Source: Lama glama
Taxonomy: Eukaryota
Assembly (NCBI GenBank): GCA_028534125.1
Contig: CM052817.1
Span: 91,018,001 to 91,082,000 of the forward strand
Direction of reading: 5' to 3'
DNA: 64,000 bases
Positions 51,519 to 64,000 of this stretch are shown here, piece by piece. Numbering within the stretch: the stretch's first letter is position 1; each line of letters begins with the position of its first letter. Under the pieces are notes generated by a model that searched no databases, was not told the origin of the DNA, and saw only the letters and a program-made list of their open reading frames with translations. The translations under genes were made by a program, and so were the position numbers.

Positions 51519-52399
51519 CTATTTTATATCAGCGAAAAATTAGAAGTAATCATCAGGTACAACAAATAAGGGAACTGCTACCTAAATTACAGCACATGTA
51601 CTTGCCATCCTGTCTCCCTTTAAAGTGAGGACCCTGGAGGCCTCGCAGGCTGCCTCCCAGGCCCCGTGTTCTTGGCGCTGCACTGCCCCGTCACAGCACC
51701 TGTCCTGCCATGTTGTGGTCACCTTGACTGTTTGCCCTGCTAGAGTTCTGTCAGAATAGGAACTTTGTCTTCCATCTCTGGCCTCAGCTCCTTAATGGCT
51801 GGCACATTATATGAGCTTGGAAAGTGTTGACTTGGTGAAAGACCCATTAGCTCCAAAAGGGACAGTCAGAAATTACCTTATATTAAATTTAATTTGGATG
51901 CTTATCAGCTGATTGTGAAAAACCTTACCAAGAACATGAACGTAGACTCTAATTTGGGGAATACAAAATGAAAATCTTATAAATGACAGGAAGGTCTCAG
52001 GAAGAGTGTGAATAGCCCTAGTATTGCAGGGCACTAAAGTGGGTTGCTTTATTTTAGCCTTTAATATACAGAGAGAGAGTAAGGTTCTTGGAAGACCTGG
52101 AATCTTTCAGGAAGGCCAGGTGAATCTCTCACACGGAAGCATCCACACTCACACATTACTATTTTCTATTCCAGTGAAAGTGCAGACACATATACACGCC
52201 TGTATTCTAAGATAATAAATGTGTCCAATAGACTAAAATGCCAGAGCTAAAAAAAGATTTAATAGCCATAGTATATCCAACCCACTCAAGTCTTGAAGAA
52301 ATAAATTGATTTTTAGTAATATATATCAATAATCCTAAATCTTATTCAATCTATATCTTCCTTCTGTTCATTTAATACTGCATTCTCTTGAGAGCTGAA

Positions 52400-52670
52400 T
52401 CAGACCTTGATTCAATGTCACTTTCTCTGAGAAGTCTTCCCTGATCCACCCCTTCCTGGAGCCCACCCATCACCCTCTTCTTCCTTCCATTGCTTTACTT
52501 ACTCTTCATGTCATTGATTGCCACCAGACATGCCATGGGTTGAATCTTTCCTTTATTTATTTCCTGTCCCTCATTTGAGAAGGCACTCCCTTTGAAGGCA
52601 AAAGCTTTTATCTACCCAGCACCTAAGCAACATCTAGAAATAGTAGCAATTCAATAAAAATTTGTGAAAA
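52400..52670 (+). mobile_element. L2 3' end
   Basis: tcaatgtcactttctctgagaagtcttccctga ... cccagcacctaagcaacatctagaaatagtagcaattcaataaa. Confidence 0.75.
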
Positions 52671-54840
52671 GACTGTACACGTAAATTTAAAGTTAGGACC
52701 TCAATGATACATACAACACACATGTACACAATGGTTACATGCAAATACAGCCAAAAACAGACAGTAACAGCAAAACTGTAACATCCGTGAAGGTACGACT
52801 TTTTTTTTCTGTACTAGAAACGTTCTAATGTAATTGCATTACTTTTGCTGTGGGCTACCTGCTTTGGTAGGGTGTTGCCAAGTGAGAGTTCGGTACCAAG
52901 AACCTTCATGTTGGGCACTTCAGTGAATTCACAGTTCTCTAGAATCTTTTCTCAACTTGGCAAGCTCAATGAGTTGACTTTTTTTCATGGTCTGAGAGTA
53001 GATTCTTCTTCTATGAATGCCCTCAAATTAACCTTGTCTACAAAAGACTAGTATATAAATCTAAATGCAAATTATGTCTTTAAAATGAGAAATTTAACTG
53101 TCAAAGGGAACTCAGTTGTACCCTGTTATCTTAATGATCAGGGAACCAGATCAACAGTACTTGGCTTTAAGTTCTGATGTTTCATGGGACTGACTGTTCT
53201 ATGTAGGGACTTGTGGGCTGCATCACTTCAAAAGAGCTGGTCCTGTCCCCAAACAGGTGAAGTCCACAGGCCAGGGGAGATCCTCCTGGTCAGAGCTAGG
53301 ATGTAGTGGTAAATCTGCCTCTGTGACTTTGTGACCTTCCATCAGTGACCATCTACTTCTTCTTCTGATTGGCATGTTTTTTCTTGTAACACATGAATTC
53401 AGCTTAACTCATAATAATGTTTTGACACGCTAATATTGCCAGTTTTGTATTGTACTTCCTGCTTCTGGACCTGAGCGGTATCTATATTTAAGTCCTATTT
53501 TGCATATATTCTAAAGTCATTGTTATGCTTTGATTTTATATATAATTCTCAGAGACTCATTAATATCTTCTTTTTACTGTTACCTGCATTAGAATTATAA
53601 AACTAATCTCTAAAGTCAGGAGGGTAAATATTTCACACTAGGAAAAGCCCCTTTTTAAACCATGTTTTTAAAAAATACATGCTTTAGACCTTGAAACAGG
53701 GTCCCAGTTTAAATCCAAAGTATGATCTCCTCAAATCTACTCTACTATCTGGTCATGGCACAAGGACTGGTGGGACAGGCTCACCAGGGATCTATCACAA
53801 TGATGATCAAGGTTCTCCCCAGGATAAGACAACAACAACAAAACACCATTCTCATAACAGAGTCACTGGCCCAAACTTGCAAGGGAAAAGTGAGTGAGAG
53901 CATAGCATGCAACTGTCCCTCAGACTCTCCTCCCACCCACACCCACCGCAGGTCACACAACAGGAGCCAAAATGCTTCCTTTTCTGAAGTCTCCATGGGA
54001 CCTTCAGACTAAAACATCAGCAATACTGGAGCTCATAATAGCGAGGTTTTGGTAGCGGCAGTTTTGAACACCTTGTCACCACAGGTGGTAACCGATTCAA
54101 TGACCTAGATATCAAGGGCACAGAGGTCAGTGTCCTTATTGCCAGTTGTCAATTAACTTGAATGCTGGCAGCTGCGGTGCCTTAGTGAACACTGGTGACA
54201 CAGCTGTGTCTGGCATTGGCAGTAACTTGAGTTATTATTATAGTGAGCCATGAGGGATGTTTTTGAAGTTTTCATGATGCAGACATTTCCTAGAGATCTC
54301 TAGAGTATTTAACCAAACTTGAGAGGGTTGAAATTTCTGTAGACCAAGTAAAAACAGATATGTAGAAGTATTGCTTTGTAATGGTTGTCAATACCATCCC
54401 ATACCAAGGTAGGTGTGGCCTGGGAAGTAATGTTTACACACATAAAGTTTAGTTTCAGTTGGATAGAATCATTTCACTTACAGAAAGTGACTCATTCTCA
54501 GATGACAGAAAGCCATGTAATCACTATGATTCCTAGTAAAAGCAAGCTATATCTAGCTTTAAAAATGGTTAGTTATAAATTTGGAAAAATTATTTTTAAA
54601 ATGCAGAAGAGCAAAAATGACACCATAAACACCCATTTCTACCACTCAAAATAAACATTAATATATTGCCTCATGTACCACAGATCTTTATCTTTTAAGA
54701 AATAAAGCATCACAGTCAAGGAAACTGTCCCCTACATTTTCTTCCCCCATTCCCATCCTTCACCTTCCACCCCAAGAGGAAGTAGTGGATGCAATTTGTA
54801 AATATACAACAAATAATGTAACACATCATTTATGAATATA

Positions 54841-54959
54841 AAAATACATGCACCCCAATGTCCATAGCAGCATTATTTACAATAGCCAAGATATGGAAGC
54901 AACCTAAGTGTCCATCAGCAGGTGAATGGATAAAGAAGATGTAGTATGTATATATATGC

Positions 54960-54991
<32 letters not shown>

Positions 54992-55475
54992 TACATACAC
55001 AAACAGTGGAATACCACTCAGCCATAAAAAAGAATAAAATTTTGCCATTTGCAACAACATGGATGAACTTGGAAGGTATTAGGCTTAGTGAAATAATCAG
55101 ACAGAGGAAGATACTGTATGGTATCACTTACATATGGAATCTAAAAAAATACAACAAACTAGTGAATAACAGAAAAGAAGCAGACTCACAGTTATAGAGA
55201 ACAAACTAGTGGTTACCAGTGGCAACAGGGAAGGGGGAAGGGCATGCATGATAGGGTTAGGAGATTAAGAGGTACAAATTACTATATACAAAATAAATAA
55301 GCTACAAGGATATATTATGCAGCACAGGGAATATAGCCAATATTTTATAACTATAAATGGAGTATAAGCTTTAAAAATTGTGACTCATGCTGTACACCTG
55401 AAACGTATATAATATTTTAAATTAACCATACCTCAATAATGAGTAAGTAAATAAATAGTAAATAAAAATAAAATG
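54841..55475 (+). mobile_element. L1 (L1MA-like) ORF2 end and 3' UTR
   Basis: acatgcaccccaatgtccatagcagcattatttacaatagccaag ... Translates EYHSAIKKNKILPFATTWMNLEGIRLSEI. Confidence 0.92.
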
Positions 55476-56010
55476 GAAAGCAAAAGTATAAAGACAAGGA
55501 ATAGATACATCATGGTAAATTCTTAAAATAAGAAATGGAAAGAGAATGTTTTACTCTTTCTGTAAATACTATAAACTGTAAAGAACATGATTACTTCCAA
55601 ATTCAAGGAAAAGTCATTAAGGATAGCCAGAATACTTTATAGAAAAGTATAACATAGGTGTAATCTCACTTTTCCTTTTCAGAGAAGTGTGAGAAAATGA
55701 TTGGAGAAAGTTGGGAGCTGGGAACCAGAGATAAGATAGTGTTTCTTCCTTCCAGAAATTCTTCCTCTTCAGAAACTGAAAGAAGAGGAGACCAGGAGAG
55801 ACCTACAGTTGATCTCTGAGCAGCCAGTAGCTGGAGGCACCAAGATACCAGCCAAGACTACAGGATAAAATACATCCCTGGGCATGGCTTTCAATTCCAA
55901 GCTAAGAAATTCAAGGTAAGCTACAAAACGCATCCTAATCAGGGCTCACACGTGTTTGATTACAATAAATAGATGTACCTAAAATTAGTTTGAAAGTTAC
56001 CCAATACTTC

Positions 56011-56457
56011 ATCATTTGCAGCAACATGGATGGATCTAGAAATTATCATACTAGGTGAAGCAAATCAGACAAAGACAAATACCATATGATATCACTTTTA
56101 TGTAGAACCTTAAAAATGATACAAATGAACTTATTTACAAAACAGAAACAGACTCATAGACATAGAAAACAAACTTATGGTTCCCAAAGGGAAAAGGGCA
56201 GGGGGAATAAATTAGGAGTTTGGAATTAGCAGATACACACTACTATATATAAAATAGATAAACAACAAGATCCTACTGTAGAGCACAGGAAACTATATTC
56301 AGTATCTGGTAATAAATTATAATGGAAAAGAATCTGAAAAAGAATATATATAAAGTGATTCAGTTATTCATATTTTACATATATATAATATATAACTGAA
56401 TCACTTTGCTGTACAGCAGAAACTAACACAACATTGTAAATTAACTAAACTTCAATA

Positions 56458-56492
<35 letters not shown>

Positions 56493-56502
56493 AAATAAAA
56501 TC
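56011..56502 (+). mobile_element. L1 3' end with a (TAAA)n tail
   Basis: Perfect 12-bp TSD ACCCAATACTTC (55999-56010 / 56503-56514). Confidence 0.93.
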
Positions 56503-57119
56503 ACCCAATACTTCCATAATCCTTCCTTAGTTTTATTTACTTTAAATGTGACTATAAATCTTCTTTTAAGTACAATAGTGATTAGAAGTATTTAAATGAG
56601 GTTTTCAATTGAAAAGCAAAAATAATGTACAAATTAGGGATTAAGTATCAGGGGTCAGATTTCTAATTAAACAAGGAGATCAAACCTATTATTTATCTCT
56701 GCTTCTTTCTAAAAATTCAATCCATAATAATATTAAAGGGATAAAAATATATTAGTTCCCAAGTTCTCAGAGCATGGCTGGGGCTTGGCACCTGACCCCA
56801 CCTCGGGAGAGAGAGTGCGAGTCACCGAGAAAGCAAAACACAGGAAACACAAAGGCAGACAAGAGCAGAAGAGAGGTAGCAGCAAAGCTCTGGAACTTAG
56901 AAAAGAGGCGGATTTGTGGCAACTGAGTTATCAAAGGGAGAAGGCAGAAAGTACCATAGTGGAGAATATGAGGAAGGAGACAAGAACTCATCTCTTCCCA
57001 CCGTAGAGTTCCAGAAAATTCAAGGTCTGGAAGTGCTGGCCGACGAGGCTGACTGATAACTAACATCTCAGTTTTCCTCAACTGAATACACAAGGCTTAG
57101 ATGCAGGAGCCTAGCATGG

Positions 57120-57370
57120 AGATCAAAATGTGACTTTAATGTGGAATCCTGGATTGGATCCTAGACCAGAAAAAGATTTGCAGAAAAACTAATGAAATTC
57201 TAACAGGTCTGTGGGTTAGTTTATAGTACTGTATTGTGATCTCCCACTTTCTATCTCTGCCCTGTGGTTACATAAAACATTAACATTAGGGGAAGCCAGG
57301 CAGAGGAACTCCCTGTACGATTTTTGCAACTTGCCCATAAGTCTAACATCATTTCAAAAACTAAAAGATC
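57120..57370 (+). mobile_element. Old L1MC/MD-like 3' end
   Basis: atcctggattggatcctagaccagaaaaag ... taacattaggggaagc ... tttttgcaactt. Confidence 0.75.
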
Positions 57371-57782
57371 TTTTAAAGTTAAGTGTCTCCACTTATTACA
57401 AATAAAGCTCTTCTTAGAAAACATAGCTTATTCTGCCAGAATTAGATAAATTTGCTGACTCCACTCCTGAATTAGACAGATGTACCCAAGCTTAACCACA
57501 AACCATGATAAGCCAACTCGTCTCATCACAGGACAGTGCCACAGGCCCTCAGCTGGCCCTGGCCAAAAGGTGACTGGCCCCTCTGTGATAGAACACGCGC
57601 TCAATTACGGACAGGCACAACTTCAGTGTAAGAGCTCAGGATAATGTAAAAATAAAGATGAGAGGAAAGGGCTGAGCTGTGCCTGCCCAGTTCTTCTCCC
57701 GTCCTCTCCAATCAAGTCACTCTTGTCACCTGGGAAAAAGTTAAGGAGGAAAAAGAAAGAATCCAAGAGTATTATTCTAGTA

Positions 57783-58294
57783 CAGTGACCTCAGACGTTT
57801 TGTCTCAAGACCCCACCAGAAACTAACACAACATTGTATATCAACTATAATTCAATGAAAAAAATATATGTTGAAAAACCTCAAAGAGCTTCTGTTCATG
57901 TGAGTTATATATATATCTCAATATTTACCATAAAGCTGATACTTTTATTTTTTAATTCATTTAACAATATTAATAAACCCAGTATGTGTTAACACGAATA
58001 ATTTATTTTATGAAAGATAATTCTATATCTCAAAACAAAGAAATATAGTGAGAAGAGTGGCTTTGTTGTACATTTTACAAATCTCTGTGATGTTTGGCTT
58101 AAGAGAAGACAGCTGGTTTCTCATATCTGCTTCTGCATTTAATCTGTTGTGATATCACATATCATGATGCCTCTGGAAAATTCCCCTGTATGCGTGTAGG
58201 AGAATGTAAGTGAAAAGGGCAAATCATATCTCAGTGTCATTATAAAAATTCTTTTGACCTTTCAGACCCCCATACCACACTCTGAGAACCACTG
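57783..58294. mobile_element. MER119-like hAT-Charlie DNA transposon containing a short L1 3' piece (~57815-57863)
   Basis: CAGTG...CACTG termini and 8-bp TSD TTCTAGTA / TTCTACTA. Internal agtgagaagagtggc ... gaagacagctggtttctcatatctgcttctgcatt. Confidence 0.82.
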
Positions 58295-59012
58295 TTCTAC
58301 TAAAAGTCCCTCTACATCCAGTAATGGCAAGGTAAATATTCCCCAAACAGGGGACAGCAAGTGCCTGTGAAGGCTGGAGGGAGGGTGAGTCTGAACCAGA
58401 GCAGCACTGGTTGAAAGTCTATCCACAAAGCAGTTAAACCTCTCCCTGTAAGTCTCCTCCCTTAGCTGGTACAGTCAGGTGACTGTCTCTCTCTCTCTCT
58501 CCATGTTGGCAATTTACTGAGAGGCTAACCCCAGACAAGCTCCAGACTCAGGGATGCCAGCCAGAGCTGAGGAACTAAGACAGGAAAACCAGGTGAAATC
58601 ATGCATAGAATGAGATCTGCTGTCCCCTTTGCTCTGCTCTGTTCTTAGAACCCTCAGCCTAGTTTGTTATCTATCCCCCAACACACACACCCTAAGCAGG
58701 AGCTTGGGTCATTTTTCTCTGAGGAAACTGAACAATCCAAGGGAAAAAAAAAAAAGACCTATAAATACTGAAAGTTGAGATACCCATCAATGAAAGAGCA
58801 CCAATCAATTACACTAAATTAAATCCACATCTTGACAAGCCCTGCCTCTGCACACACAATTCTAATCGATTTTCATGCATCACTCTTCAGCACTAATAGA
58901 CAGTCCAGGATTACTAAGTCAAACATTCTCAGGAAGCACCCAGTGGGGGAAAAATATTAGACAAAATAATAAAAGCAGAATAAAAGAACAAAGAGGAAGG
59001 AGGGAAGGAAGG

Positions 59013-59112
59013 NNNNNNNNNNNNNNNNNNNNNNNNNNNNNNNNNNNNNNNNNNNNNNNNNNNNNNNNNNNNNNNNNNNNNNNNNNNNNNNNNNNNNNNN
59101 NNNNNNNNNNNN
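59013..59112. other. Assembly gap (100 N) next to a GGAA repeat
   Basis: Run of N. Confidence 1.
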
Positions 59113-59711
59113 CCTTCAGAAAGTAGATCAAATAAAAATTGTAGAAAATAGAAAAAATAATACTAAGAAAACCAGAGAATCAATACAGGTTAAACATGCA
59201 ACAAATATGACCCCAGAAAGAGATGACTGAGAAGATTACCAAATAAATAAAAATGAAATTTCACAGAATTGTAGAGCTTGAGTTTCCAAATTGAAGGAGC
59301 CCATCACATACCCAGGAAAACACACAAATATATGAAGAAGAAAAAAACCCCATATATAATATGAAACTCTAGAATACAAGGGATAAAGAGAAAAGCCTAA
59401 AAGTTTCAAGAACACAAAAACAGGGAACACATGACAATAGGGATTCATAACAGCATCAGACTTGACAATAATAATTCTGAAGACTACATGAACAAAACCT
59501 TCAAAATTCTGAAGAAAAATGATGTCAACCTAGAATTCTAAACCCAAACCATCACTTAGGGATAAGGATAGATTAAAGATATATTCACAATTGCAATGTC
59601 TGAAAAAGATTAATTCCCAGGCAACATTTTTCAGGATGCTACTAGAAAATATAATCCACCAAAAGAAAGCAGGCAACCAAGGAGAAAAGACATGAAAACC
59701 AGAACAGAAGA

Positions 59712-60206
59712 TATGGTAGCCAGTCTTCAAGGTGGACCCAAATGAGCCCCTCCTCCTGGTATTCACCCCCTTGTAATGTTCCCTCCCATGTTGGACAAGG
59801 GTTGGTCTGTGTGACCAAAAGGAAGATGGCAGAAGTAACCATCAGTCACTTCTAAGACTAGGTTATAAGAGACACTGAGCCTTCCATCTTGGTTGCACTC
59901 TAGTGCTCTTTCTCAAGTCACTCACTTTGGGGGAAGCCAGCTGCCATGATGTGAGCAGTCCAATAGGAAGGTCCATTTGGTGAGGGACTGAATCCTCCTA
60001 CCAAAAGCCATAAGGGTAAATATTAAAGGAGACTCTCCAGCCCCAGTCAAGCTTCAGATGATTACAAGAGAAACCCTGAGTCTGAACCATCTCACTAAGC
60101 TGTTCCTGGATTCATGACCCATAGAAACTGTGAGAAAAGAATTGTTTATTATTTAAAGCTGCTAAGTTTGGGGTGACTTTTTACATGACAATAGACAACT
60201 AATACA
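59712..60206 (+). mobile_element. MLT1 (F-like) solo LTR
   Basis: tatggtagccagtcttcaaggtgg ... ggggaagccagctgccatg ... ttaaagctgctaagtttgggg ... caatagacaactaataCA. Confidence 0.88.
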
Positions 60207-60941
60207 CAGGGGATCCATTCCAGAAGAGAAGTAAAAGAAATTCTCAAGTTAAGGAAGCCCCAGGACAAAAGCCAGGAAGCAATCTCAAAGAGATTCAATC
60301 TAGATCTGAGCAGGAAGCCAGAGGGCTCTGGGAAGGATGTCTCCAAAAAAAAAAAAAAATAGAAAGTGGAACTGACAGATTATCTCATGCATTTTATGGC
60401 AGAGAAAAATTGCATTCACTTACTTCAATGCAAATATATATTTAATTACATTCACAGACACTTCAGTTACAGGCTGAAGTGTTAACAGGTATATGAAAAG
60501 GTGAGCAGAAGAAAAATTGTAATTATTAACTCTAGGGACAAAAAAAGAAGATTGTTCAAGAAAGAAAATATAACTGAAGCACATACTACAGTAGCCCAAA
60601 TGTGAACAAAATTTATAAAATCATAGTAATGATTTACCCCTAAGCTGTAATAATTCTACTTAGAGTATAAAGAAATCAAAGGGTGTATAGTAGGGAAGGA
60701 GTGGATGACAGGGTTTGCAGTTTAAAAATTGTGGTGTAAGTATATTACTGAGAAATTCAAAGGTTAACACCAGGGTAAGAGCTAAAAGAACTGAAAGGGG
60801 TTGACACTGGGGAGCAGAAATTGGGGGCAGAGAGGAATGGAGCCACGTAGTGCTCTTCCACTAAAAGTCTTATCATTGTCTTTGTCTTAAAAACAAACAA
60901 ACAAAAATCCACTTTAAATAAAATAAAATTTTATAAACTTA

Positions 60942-61272
60942 TTTGCAAACCAGAAGTGGACTCATAGACATAGAAAACAAACTATGGTTACCAAGGGGGA
61001 ACAGCATAGGGGAAAGGGTAAATTTGGAGTTTGGGACTGCCATATACACCCTACTGTGTACAGAATGGATAAACAACAAAGACCTACTATATAGCACAGG
61101 GAACTATATTCAATATCTTGTCATAACCTATAATATAAAAGAATCTGAAAAAGAATATATATATATATGTATATGTATAGCTGAATCAGTTTGCTGTACA
61201 CATGAAACTAACACAACATTGTAAATCAACTACACATCAATTTTTAAAATTTCAAAAATATATAAATGAATA
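60942..61272 (+). mobile_element. L1 3' UTR fragment
   Basis: gactcatagacatagaaaacaaactatggttacc ... cacaacattgtaaatcaactac. Flanks aaactta / aaactta. Confidence 0.9.
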
Positions 61273-61526
61273 AAAACTTAACAGTCTCTACCTAGCAAAG
61301 GACAAAAATCTGTACATTTAATAAATCATAAAATAGAAAATTTCGTTACATATTTGTCAGTAACCACCAGAAGATACCAAAAATAGAAATGTCAGATGTG
61401 GTTTCCTCTAGGAGGTGACTGGGAATGGCCTTCTGATATGTACTTCTGTGTTACAAACTTATCCCACAGCTTAGTAGCTTAAAACAAAAAGAATCAGGAC
61501 TGAAAACAAAAACAATGCAGGGCTTG

Positions 61527-61997
61527 TGTCGACTTAAAAAAAAAAGCACACAATGTGAAAACTATGAGTTCAGTTTTTATCTGGGGACCTACTGAGAACA
61601 ATAGCCTGGGAGACAGTGCTGAGTGACTGCCCTAAAGAGGTAGCGGGGAAGGTCAGTATATAAACATGATTTGGCGAGGCGGGTACGTGCAGTCAAGCAC
61701 ACATCTTGGTGGAAGTTTGCCACTAGTCATGAGGAGTAGATGTCTCCGTTAATTATTTTAGTGCTTTTCTAGGTATGAGAAGATGAAAGAAAGAAATTGG
61801 GTTCAAAAATTCTTCTTCTGAAAATACCTAACTATCTGAAGGCCTGTCCCACCCATTTTTCCCAGGGCCCAGAGTGCCTCATTCCTGATCTCCACCCTGA
61901 ACTCCTTTCTGTCAGGGTATATTGGAGGTCATTGGCTGCAGCAGCTAACATCTCGTCTTTGTGGAGCTGAGTGGCAAGCGACATTCTTCAGTTGGCA
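61527..61997 (-). mobile_element. ERV1-class solo LTR (recalled as MER41-like laurasiatherian type) inserted in an MLT1 remnant
   Basis: TG...CA termini and 4-bp flanks CTTG / TTTG. MLT1-like sequence on both sides (cttagtagcttaaaacaa; ggaagatctgtctctgttctatg). Confidence 0.75.
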
Positions 61998-63227
61998 TTT
62001 GGTAGGGAAGATCTGTCTCTGTTCTATGCAGGGCCGCTGGGAGAGCTCATCTTGGGCCACAGCTACACAGTCTCTGAGTGCCTGGTCTTAAATTCTGACT
62101 CCTTGTGTTCTGCCTTAAGCCCACACTAAATTTCTAATGTGACTTTCTTCCTTCATGCTGTTTTGCAAACTTGCTGTCAGCCCCTGGATATACAAGAAAA
62201 AATCACCAAGATTAAAGACAGACTAAGGGCCATGAAATACATGTAGATCCTGGCCTGAAGGGCTCTGCTCTCTCAGGAGCTGAAGTCTAGAGAGAGGCAG
62301 GAGGGTTGAAAGCGTTAGTGAGAAGATAGTTCCCCTACGTGAGGCATCCCTCATTGTTCAGGTTTCCTCTCTGATCCACAGAGATGGGATATTTACACGT
62401 TACAGGATAAGACTGCAAATGAGACGGCCCTTTCCTGTGTCCTGCATGTTTTCAGAGAAAAAGAACCACAGCCAACCCTGGACTCCTACCTCACATCTCC
62501 TCAAGACCCAAGTTACATGTTTGAACGGCCAGATTGGTGACAGAGAAGCTGTCAGTCATGATGCAGAGGCCTGCCCAGAGTAAGCAACTCTAAATCAAAG
62601 AATGAAGAAAGAAATGCCATTCGTGGACCTCTCTGAAACATCCCAAGATAGAAACTTGACTCCCTCGTATCTAAAGTCAAGTGACTGAATCTGGTTGGGT
62701 GACTTTTACAGTTGGACACAGGTGACATTTTTAAGGGTTGCAACAGAGAACACCTCATTGCTTTGACATTGGGTAGTAAACAGGAAAACAATACAGCTCC
62801 AAGTGTAATAGATCTTTCTTAGTGAGAAACAAACTCATTTTAAAACAATTTTGCTTCATGTGAGTTATGGTGACTTTTAAAACGGTTTCTTTCTTTTCTT
62901 CTTTTTTCTTTTTGCTTTGCTTTGCTTGTTTTCTTTTGTCTGAAATGCTACTACAGTAATAATATGAAATATAAACTAGGCTAAAGCTTTTCTATTCTCT
63001 ATATGAGTCATGATTAGCAATTACAACAGAAGAAATAATTTGGATTCCCCTGCTATCCAAAAGTAGAGCTATTCCTATGGCTCCTATGTAAGCCAAAACA
63101 GCATAAAGCAAAAAAGTAAGTACCTTAGGACATATCTTACTAAGAATGTGCAAAATAAATAGAGATAAAGCACAGATTCTCACAGAAACAGTTCAAAGCG
63201 ATGGCAGCTTGATGCTAAGATGCTGAG

Positions 63228-63260
63228 TGTAGTTCCCTGGGAAGGAGCGTGGTGGCGCCA
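63228..63260 (+). promoter_or_regulatory. Candidate CTCF site with upstream motif
   Basis: TGTAGTTCCC, a 7-nt spacer, then GAGCGTGGTGGCGC, resembling the upstream TGCAG(T)..CC module plus the CCGCGNGGNGGCAG core. CpGs are retained. Confidence 0.35.
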
Positions 63261-64000
63261 CTCTTGCTGTTCAGGGTCCCCTACTGCTTCTATAACAGCT
63301 TCTGCAAAATAAACACTGAACGCTATTTTCACTTTTTGTTTCTTTTCAGAAATGTGAAAACCCTCTTGGGATTTATCTAGGTTAGTGAAAATAGGTACTA
63401 ATATAAGTCTTCTGTAAAAGCCAAGTGGCATAAAGCAAACATTCAAAAAGTCGGGGGTACCTGTATAGCAAGGATAAGGGCAATCAACAGGAAATACCAA
63501 GATCTTAGCCTCTTCCTCATCAAAGTCTTTTTCTAGATTTACTAACACTCTCTCCATCAAGGATACTTACATATAACTAAATGACTTATAAAAAAATACA
63601 AAAAACCCATATTTAAGCCTCCTCTTAAGTTACCTTCCTTTACTGAGATCTGTGAGATGTCTACTCTTTTACATATATTTTAAAATCCAAAGGGGACTGC
63701 CAACCTGAAATTTCTAAATATACAAGAGGATGTACGATATGTAAATTAATTAATCAAGAGTTCCCATTAGATTAGAGAAGACTAAAGAAAGTTTCTAACG
63801 AGAAACTAGTATTCTTTTCACCTCCAGAGTTCTGCCCCATTTCTCTAATAGAAAATGTTTATTGAGGAAGTATGTTTCAGGCCATTTAAGCAGAGATTTT
63901 AGGCCTTGGGGGACATAGCAGTATTCTGGTTGTCTATTGCTGCTAAATGAAAGATCCCAAAAATTTAGTGGCTTCAAAAAAAACAATCATTTTACTATTA

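Larger units (their letters stand above)
58560..60900 (+). mobile_element. Highly decayed ancient L1M 5'/ORF1-region remnant, interrupted by a gap and an MLT1
   Basis: L1 ORF1-like nucleotide motifs (gagtttccaaattgaaggagccc, ccttcaaaattctgaagaaaaatgat, caacctagaattcta). Approximate. Confidence 0.6.

Noticed and set aside
63180..63560. 126-aa minus-strand ORF (MMERVLVNLEK...)
   Set aside because: No recognisable domain or flanking splice structure; length is within chance expectation.
1..64000. Naming the host gene, or inferring its strand from L1 orientation bias
   Set aside because: No coding exon was recognised. L1 fragments occur on both strands in similar numbers, so there is no informative bias.
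1..64000. CRISPR arrays, rRNA, known miRNA/snoRNA, processed pseudogenes
   Set aside because: The sequence is mammalian with no regularly spaced repeat-spacer arrays, and nothing matched RNA families or mRNAs I could recognise. An Infernal/Rfam scan would be needed to exclude small RNAs.

Overview
Mammalian genomic DNA, AT-rich and CpG-poor. It is very probably camelid, because it carries tRNA-derived Vic-1-type SINEs together with artiodactyl-type L1 3' ends and a Tigger1a-like element. There are two assembly gaps (30023-30522 and 59013-59112). I cannot support any intact cellular protein-coding gene; the only real protein homology is a LINE-1 ORF2 endonuclease fragment (~30565-31136). The window reads as intronic or intergenic sequence dense in interspersed repeats (L1, L2, MIR, MLT1/MaLR, ERV1 solo LTRs, Tigger, hAT). 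It has a few splice-site-bounded exon candidates on the minus strand (2932-3014/3219, 11145-11197, donor at 7452) that may be 5'-UTR exons of an unidentified gene continuing left of the window. The clearest structural observations are: (i) an ERV solo LTR inserted 8 bp into another solo LTR in opposite orientation, both with perfect 4-bp TSDs, forming back-to-back promoters (14886-16028); (ii) a multi-layer transposon nest including an inverted L1 (28440-31940); (iii) a CpG-rich core inside an ancient MLT1 LTR (49795-49952). I found no convincing evidence for a wholly new biological system. Repeat subfamily names come from memory of consensus sequences and need RepeatMasker/Dfam confirmation. 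Boundaries without a stated TSD are approximate.
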